From Hyphomicrobiaceae bacterium (lineage in GTDB: Bacteria; Pseudomonadota; Alphaproteobacteria; Rhizobiales; Hyphomicrobiaceae): 64,000 bases of DNA. The stretch spans positions 1,053 to 65,052 of the forward strand of contig JABFRJ010000318.1 in assembly GCA_013141255.1 (NCBI GenBank). Reading direction: 5' to 3'. The notes beneath the pieces were generated by a model, which worked only from the letters and a program-made list of their open reading frames with translations, made no database searches and had not been told where the DNA came from. How positions within the stretch are numbered: position 1 is the stretch's first letter; each line of letters opens with the position of its first letter. The translations under genes and the position numbers were made by a program. Shown here piece after piece: positions 61,871-64,000 of the stretch.

Positions 61871-64000
61871 CCTTCACCGGCCAATACCGACGCGCCAGCG
61901 CAACCGTCGCAGGCAAAAACACCAAATCACCAAACAACGATGCGATGAGCGTAATCGAGCAAACTCGACCAAACAACCTAAGTGATGGCAAATCCGAGAA
62001 CACAGTCACGCCAAGCCCAAACGCCAACACAATCGTCGTCAAGATAATCGCCGGCCCGACCAACACGCGCGCCCGCCGGATCGCCAGAGCGGGATCTTCC
62101 CCGACGCGCTCTTCTCGCGACAAACGGTTGAGAAAGTGAATAAGCGCATCAACACCCAAGCCGAAAATGACAACCAACGCAATCACACTCGAAAACTCAA
62201 GCCCCTCGCCACCGAGTTTGAGTGCCGTCCCCGCCGCCACAATAGGAAATAACGACGGCAAAAGCGCAATCACAGTCACAAACACCGACCGGAACGCGAG
62301 GCCGAGCAACACCGCAACCAACGCCATGGCGACCCATAAAGCTTCGTTGAGTTGCTTTATCAGGCGCGCACTATTACGCGCCGCAATCGCCGGGAGCCCC
62401 GTCACTGAAATCTCGTAGCCCGGATTAGCTTTGCGCACAGGCTCCAACGCCGCGTCGATTTTGTCCACCACCGGCAAAATCTGGCTCGCGTCAACATCCG
62501 GCAAACGCCCCGTGACCAACACTGCTGTTTCCTCTTTCGCGATAAAGCGGCGCACCAGATGCTCCGGCAACAGCTTCACATAACGCTGCACATTCACAAT
62601 GCCGTCGTCACCTGCATCCTTGAGCCAGCGTCTCAGACTATCGAGCGACCACACATTGCCAAGCCCAGCAGCCGTCTCAAGCACACGATGCGTTTCAGCA
62701 ATCACCGCAAGCGTCTTCGCTTCATACAACGGTTGGCCATCTTTCCATTTGATCATCACATGCACAGGGTTGGCCCCCGTCAGCTTCTGATCGAGGCGCC
62801 CCGTAGCTTTAAGCGCTTGTTCGCGGTCCGGCACCTGATCAGCCAAGCGGTAGCGCGGCTCCAGCGTCGAATGAACCAACGCAAAAACACCAGCGAGTAA
62901 CAGTCCTGCCACGGAAACCGCAACCGGCCGCGCCGTCACCCAATCAACCACATGCCCAACAAAACGTGCCAGGCTTTTCATCGCCCGATCATTGCCATCG
63001 CCGACCGACGACGCACCAGATTTGCCAAGCACAAACAGGCTCAAGACAGGCATCGCACCAATGACCGCAACAAAGGAAACAAGCGTCGCCAGCGCACCCG
63101 CTTGTCCAAACGTGCGGATCAGAGCGCTATCAGAAAACAAAAGCGCTATAAACGACACCAGCGCAGTTGCATGCGCGACCACACACGCAGGCCCCACAAC
63201 CCGCACCGCATACGCAATGGCATCCCGCGCACTGTCGCCCGCAACCAATCGATCACGGATCGCATACGTCATTTGCATGCTGTCCGCAAAACCCATCACC
63301 ATAACCAGCGGAGTCATGACATTGAGAAACAGGTTGAGCTTGAACCCAAGCCAACCCAGCAGACCAAGCGACATAACAACAGCCAGTACCGGTGGCAGCG
63401 CCGCCAAAAGCATCATCCGCAACGAACGGAAAAAGACGAGCGCAATAGCTGCACCAAAGGCCAGACCAAGCCCATTATAGACCATCTGATCGCGCTCGAC
63501 CGCATTGCGGATTTCAAGTTGCATTACAGGTGCCCCCGTCACCTGGACTGACAGCCCAGACTGCGCCAATTCCTTCTTGAGGCTATCAATAATGCCACCG
63601 ACAATCGCACGCGCACCGTCGCGGACCACCGTCTCACGATCAAGCGACAACACCGCCATCGCCAACGTGCCATCCGCCGACAAAAATTTCCCCGCTACAA
63701 TTTCATTGGACCTGAGGTCGCGGATCACCTGCTCGTAAACAGCCCCCTCAGGAATTGTATCAGGCACGATAGGGGCCGCATAACCTTTGGCATCCGGGCG
63801 ACCGCGCGCCGACAACATCGACACCACACCGTTGACACCATCCGCCAACTGCAAATCAACCACCGCTTGCCGAAAGGCAGTCAACTGCGGTCGCGCCAAC
63901 AAATCTTTGCCTTCAACAACCACCAGCACGTCGTATTCACTCGATGGAAAGCGACGGTCTATTTCCTCGTAACGACGAAATTCTGCGGTCTCGGTACGAA
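61860..64000 (-). CDS. MMPL/RND-superfamily membrane transporter; the N-terminus lies beyond the right window edge
   Basis: 689-aa ORF with two 6-TM bundles and periplasmic loops typical of MMPL/SecDF-like exporters. The frame stays open upstream of the listed GTG to the window end. My translation there reads ...RTETAEFRRYEEIDRRFPSSEYDVLVVVEG, so the gene is 5'-truncated by the window. Confidence 0.85.
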   Translation of the reverse strand, partial: RTETAEFRRYEEIDRRFPSSEYDVLVVVEGKDLLARPQLTAFRQAVVDLQLADGVNGVVSMLSARGRPDAKGYAAPIVPDTIPEGAVYEQVIRDLRSNEIVAGKFLSADGTLAMAVLSLDRETVVRDGARAIVGGIIDSLKKELAQSGLSVQVTGAPVMQLEIRNAVERDQMVYNGLGLAFGAAIALVFFRSLRMMLLAALPPVLAVVMSLGLLGWLGFKLNLFLNVMTPLVMVMGFADSMQMTYAIRDRLVAGDSARDAIAYAVRVVGPACVVAHATALVSFIALLFSDSALIRTFGQAGALATLVSFVAVIGAMPVLSLFVLGKSGASSVGDGNDRAMKSLARFVGHVVDWVTARPVAVSVAGLLLAGVFALVHSTLEPRYRLADQVPDREQALKATGRLDQKLTGANPVHVMIKWKDGQPLYEAKTLAVIAETHRVLETAAGLGNVWSLDSLRRWLKDAGDDGIVNVQRYVKLLPEHLVRRFIAKEETAVLVTGRLPDVDASQILPVVDKIDAALEPVRKANPGYEISVTGLPAIAARNSARLIKQLNEALWVAMALVAVLLGLAFRSVFVTVIALLPSLFPIVAAGTALKLGGEGLEFSSVIALVVIFGLGVDALIHFLNRLSREERVGEDPALAIRRARVLVGPAIILTTIVLAFGLGVTVFSDLPSLRLFGRVCSITLIASLFGDLVFLPATVALARRYWPVKAKA

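Noticed and set aside
62952-63551. 199-aa and 162-aa plus-strand ORFs inside the MMPL transporter gene
   Set aside because: These are antisense shadow ORFs with extreme Arg/His/Lys-rich or Ala/Thr-rich composition. The minus-strand reading gives a coherent 12-TM transporter.
1-64000. Scan for rRNA, tRNA, CRISPR arrays, IS elements, and toxin-antitoxin or known defence-system gene pairs
   Set aside because: I recognised none by eye: no cloverleaf-like segments, no regularly spaced short direct repeats, no transposase, integrase, nuclease or helicase defence-type ORFs. A tRNAscan, Infernal and defence-finder run would be needed to confirm this negative result.

Overview
This is a dense 64-kb chromosomal segment with about 52 protein genes. 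Gene content and synteny point to an alphaproteobacterium of the order Hyphomicrobiales/Rhizobiales: trxB-lsrB-like LysR, DUF2948-hisD-UPF0262-infA-maf-yacG, pgsA-moaD-moaE, mutY next to DUF721, and DUF374/waaA-lpxK. I recognised no rRNA, tRNA, CRISPR array, IS element or prophage gene. Most of the window is housekeeping: gcdH (partial), aqpZ, amiC, trxB, hisD, infA, an aceE-aceF-lpdA pyruvate dehydrogenase operon, hemB, mutY, waaA and lpxK. The accessory part is a roughly 16-kb surface-polysaccharide locus (about 16.2-32.2 kb). It holds two GT4 glycosyltransferases, an OPX export protein with an embedded coiled coil, a NodB-type deacetylase, two tandem Wzy_C/O-antigen-ligase-like paralogs, a hexapeptide acetyltransferase, a kinase-less PCP/Wzz protein and a single-domain STAS protein. 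Its most unusual gene encodes a 1357-aa secreted protein. That protein has five tandem copies of a ~130-143-aa domain I cannot assign to a known family, followed by a ~680-aa module that looks like a glycoside hydrolase. This gene and its locus are my best candidate for an undescribed system. The second notable item is a probable AbcR-like sRNA with C/U-rich anti-SD loops and a strong intrinsic terminator, just downstream of the trxB-linked LysR regulator. Other points worth a second look are a single-ORF DUF374-WaaA fusion, an orphan LivH-like permease with a lipobox-bearing N-terminal domain, and an ~0.8-kb gene-free gap upstream of trxB. All family assignments come from reading the translations and from memory of motifs, with no searches run. 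Hairpin coordinates and start codons were worked out by hand and may be off by a few bases.
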